The translations under genes and the position numbers were made by a program. 1,326 nt of DNA from Naegleria gruberi (Eukaryota): NCBI GenBank assembly GCA_000004985.1, contig GG739445.1; one strand, given 5' to 3'. Under the pieces are notes generated by a model. It ran no database searches. It was not told the origin of the DNA and saw only the letters and a program-made list of their open reading frames with translations. Below, in pieces: positions 1 to 1,326 of this stretch. Each line of letters opens with the position of its first letter. The stretch's first letter is position 1.

Positions 1-117
1 TGCCTGTTTGAATTGGCCGTAATAACATTTTAAGGTAATAGAAACTTGAGTATGATGAGTAATACCATGAATATATATTGTATTTCCTTTAGAATCTAGT
101 AATTTGGTTACCTTGGT

Positions 118-167
118 AAGTCAAGTGTTGTATATTTTCGCTTTATTAGTTGTAAATGACTTTGAGA

Positions 168-208
<41 letters not shown>

Positions 209-264
209 ATTTGAAAAATTTATCAAGTGTTGTAGTAAAATTTAATTTGAGTGTAATAAATCTT
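118..264. repeat. Degenerate partial tandem duplication of about 100 bp. It is marked by the exact 12-mer 'tcaagtgttgta' at 121-132 and 223-234, and in both copies this is followed by 'tttgag' then 'aataaat'.
   Basis: The 12-mer is exact at both sites. Downstream, 'tttgagaataaata' (161-174) matches 'tttgagtgtaataaatc' (246-262). The spacing between the 12-mer and 'tttgag' is 40 bp in one copy and 23 bp in the other, which implies indels. The (AT)16 tract sits between the two copies. Confidence 0.6.
172..203. repeat. Perfect (AT)16 dinucleotide microsatellite.
   Basis: Positions 172 to 203 alternate a/t without a break. An AT-rich imperfect extension lies on both sides (aataaata upstream, tttataat downstream). 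Confidence 0.95.
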
Positions 265-471
265 TATATGAAAAGCTATAAAAAGTACTTTCTTTATTAG
301 AGATCAAGTTATCGGCGTTAATTGTCTTAAAAATCAATTTTGTTAAACAACTTCAATCATATTTATTAGAATCTTGATGATACAATTTTTGTTCCATACC
401 ATGTTTACCATTTAATATCGAGTAGTAAAAATATGTAAATTAAAAAAAGGAAAAAATGTTGAGTTTTGGTA

Positions 472-501
472 TTTTTTTAAAAAATGTTTTTTTGAAAAAA
501 A
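472..501. repeat. Two adjacent homopolymer T-tract/A-tract blocks (T7A6 followed by T7GA7), that is a low-complexity sequence expected to be intrinsically bent. They are preceded by A7GGA6 at 442-456.
   Basis: 'tttttttaaaaaatg' is at 472-486 and 'tttttttgaaaaaaa' at 487-501. Each block is nearly self-complementary. Confidence 0.85.
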
Positions 502-532
502 TTTCGATAAAAACTAGAAATTTATTAGTATT

Positions 533-865
533 TCAGTCTTCTACAGATTTCAATCTCAGAGTTTCTAGAGTTTTCCACCAATATTGGGATTTCCACACTG
601 GATGAACTAGAACCATTTGAGCTTTGGATTCTATGCAATGTTGGATTACTCTCCCTATTAGATTGAATGGGACGCAACACCAATTGATTACTGGTTCTAT
701 CCAAAGACGGGAGAATGAATCTGCTGGAATTTCCCTGCTGGTTCTGTGTCTTGTACAGAATGGGATTACCTTGAAATTGTACGGGCTGGCAAATCGATCG
801 TATCCTATTGATACATTCAATTGCTGCTGTACTCGGTTGAAGGAACTTGTTAAGATTTCCCAATC
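533..865 (-). pseudogene. pol fragment 2: the post-RNase H conserved domain of a DIRS-like element (DWEIL at 851-865; DRFAS at 785-799; VPFNLIGRV at ~647-673; HPVWKSQYWW at 575-604). It ends at stop 533-535.
   Basis: About 105 aa align with the conserved block that I recall following RNase H in DIRS-type pol proteins. This fragment is in a different frame from fragment 1. It stops about 8 aa after the 'WW..L..L' motif, where intact elements continue. Confidence 0.68.
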
Positions 866-893
866 TGCAAAACAATCAATCAATGTTCTAGAG

Positions 894-1326
894 TTAAGAG
901 CTGTTGGACCAATGACCATCGATTTTTAAATTCTTCTCCTTGAAATGAGCTCCCCATCCAATCTTTGAAGCATCTGTCCAGAAATAATTCACCAGACTTG
1001 GGAATTGAAAAACCTTTCCATTCCAAAAATTCAGATTTGCTGAAATCCATTGGAGGCAGTAAACTACTCGATCGGAGAGGTAACAACTTCCTTCCCATCC
1101 GTGTTTGAAAACTTTCTCTGCTGCAAATGTATAAATTGGATTGAGCATTACTCTTGCTGGTTGAAAACAATCTAGATAAGCAATAACAATACCAGTGATA
1201 CGATATAAATCTCTTAGGAAAATTCTTTCTCCTTGATGAAATTGAGATAAAACCATTTCAATTCTTTGTTTTATCTTGATTATTGTTGACGAATTCATTG
1301 ACAATATCTTCTTTTCTAAATCTACA
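894..1326 (-). pseudogene. pol fragment 1: reverse-transcriptase C-terminal region (YLDC motif at 1167-1178), a shortened connection region and the start of RNase H (TDASKIGWGA at 948-977; GHWS at 906-917). It is terminated by TAA at 894-896.
   Basis: The frame is open from the window edge. Codon 1304-1302 is TTG, so the ORF-track 'M' is an alternative start and not a real initiator. The YLDC-to-TDAS spacing is 64 aa, against roughly 150 aa in intact DIRS/gypsy-type pol. The RNase H is cut off after about 28 aa. Confidence 0.6.

Larger units (their letters stand above)
533..1326 (-). mobile_element. Degenerate, internally deleted fragment of a DIRS-like (tyrosine-recombinase class) retrotransposon pol region. 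It comprises an RT C-terminal part, the RNase H N-terminus and the post-RNase H conserved domain. It runs past the window edge at 1326 and stops at 533.
   Basis: On the minus strand, frame A (894-1326, open to the window edge) contains 'GIVIAYLDCF' (YXDD-like) and, 64 aa later, 'YFWTDASKIGWGAHF...DGHWS'. This is the canonical start of a retroelement RNase H ('TDAS..GWGA.......G.WS'). Frame B (533-919) contains 'DWEIL..SF..VQQQL...G.YDRFAS..NFKVIPFC...ADSF..LW....NWCCVPFNLIGRVIQ......MVLVHPVWKSQYWWKTLETL'. This matches, residue pattern by pattern, the 'EWxL...DLFAS..N.K.P.F.....DAF...W....YAFPPF.L..RVL.......LVAP.WP...WF.DL..LL' block that I recall lying right after RNase H in DIRS-type elements. 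The frameshifts between A and B, and the GC step at ~530 (about 37% versus about 22%), fit a decayed inserted element. Confidence 0.72.

Noticed and set aside
81-121. Splice-signal-like strings on the plus strand. There is a polypyrimidine tract plus AG ('tatttcctttag', 81-90) and a consensus donor 'GGTAAGT' (115-121), which would bracket a 25-nt micro-exon.
   Set aside because: There is no coding potential on either side. The region is 20-27% GC, where such hexamers arise by chance, and there is no supporting ORF or RNA evidence.
525-875. Minus-strand ORF of 116 aa in a third frame.
   Set aside because: It overlaps the well-supported 533-919 frame completely. Its translation is Ser/Asn/Gln-rich with no retroelement or other motif. 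It is an incidental open frame in moderately AT-rich DNA.
624-929. Plus-strand ORF of 101 aa. Its C-terminus reads 'SQSAKQSINVLELRAVG' (876-908), which resembles the RNase H catalytic-glutamate motif 'HIN.LEL.AV'. It sits antisense to the exact spot where the minus-strand RNase H breaks off.
   Set aside because: The whole ORF is antisense to clearly recognisable pol coding sequence. The resemblance is only about 10 residues, with no 'TDAS' upstream or 'TDN' downstream, and it ends in a stop 7 codons later. A local inversion of part of RNase H cannot be fully excluded without alignment to an intact copy. Chance antisense similarity is the simpler reading.
880-1170. Minus-strand ORF of 96 aa in a second frame over the RT/RNase H region. 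Its end reads 'NRWSLVQQLL' (895-924), which vaguely resembles the 'EWSL...V.QQL' start of the post-RNase H block.
   Set aside because: It is out of frame with the YLDC and TDAS motifs and has no recognisable domain. The genuine 'DWEIL..SFNRVQQQL' match is 30-60 nt further on, in the 533-919 frame. The resemblance is probably a coincidence, or at most a scrambled remnant at the deletion junction.
1291-1296. Restriction-site palindromes: EcoRI 'gaattc' at 1291-1296, 'tctaga' at 888-893 and BstEII-like 'ggttacc' at 106-112.
   Set aside because: Isolated 6-7 bp palindromes are expected by chance at this length and carry no biological signal.
1-1326. Possibility of a prokaryotic novel system (defence island, CRISPR array, toxin-antitoxin, integron and so on).
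   Set aside because: There are no direct-repeat/spacer arrays, no RBS-led compact genes and no tRNA- or attC-like structures. The sequence composition, the (TA)n microsatellite and the retrotransposon pol relic all indicate an AT-rich eukaryotic genome. The ORF track's 'M' starts include TTG, so ORF boundaries there are not evidence of real bacterial genes.

Overview
This window looks eukaryotic, not prokaryotic, and has two clearly different parts. Positions 1-~530 are very AT-rich non-coding DNA (about 22% GC by my count). It holds a perfect (AT)16 microsatellite, a partially duplicated ~100-bp segment marked by the 12-mer 'tcaagtgttgta', alternating T7/A6-7 tracts, and a recurring 8-mer 'tttattag' (x4). 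Positions ~533-1326 are moderately AT-rich (about 37% GC) and carry, on the minus strand, a frameshifted and internally deleted fragment of a retroelement pol gene. Three pieces can be recognised. First, an RT-like stretch around a 'YLDC' motif (a degenerate YXDD box), open to the window edge at 1326. Second, the start of an RNase H domain ('FWTDASKIGWGA...GHWS'). Third, in a different frame, a long match to the conserved region that I recall following RNase H in DIRS-like (tyrosine-recombinase) retrotransposons. That region reads 'DWEIL...YDRFAS...NFKVIPF...ADSFSRLW...NWCCVPFNLIGRVIQ...MVLVHPVWKSQYWW'. Most of RNase H and the RT-RH connection appear deleted, and the reading frame ends at 533 without a tyrosine-recombinase domain. 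The copy is therefore a dead, truncated relic. I see no CRISPR array, tRNA, operon-like structure or candidate novel defence or biosynthetic system. The other ORFs in the supplied track are out-of-frame or antisense overlaps of the same pol relic. The ORF caller evidently accepts alternative start codons, since the 'M' at 1304 is TTG.
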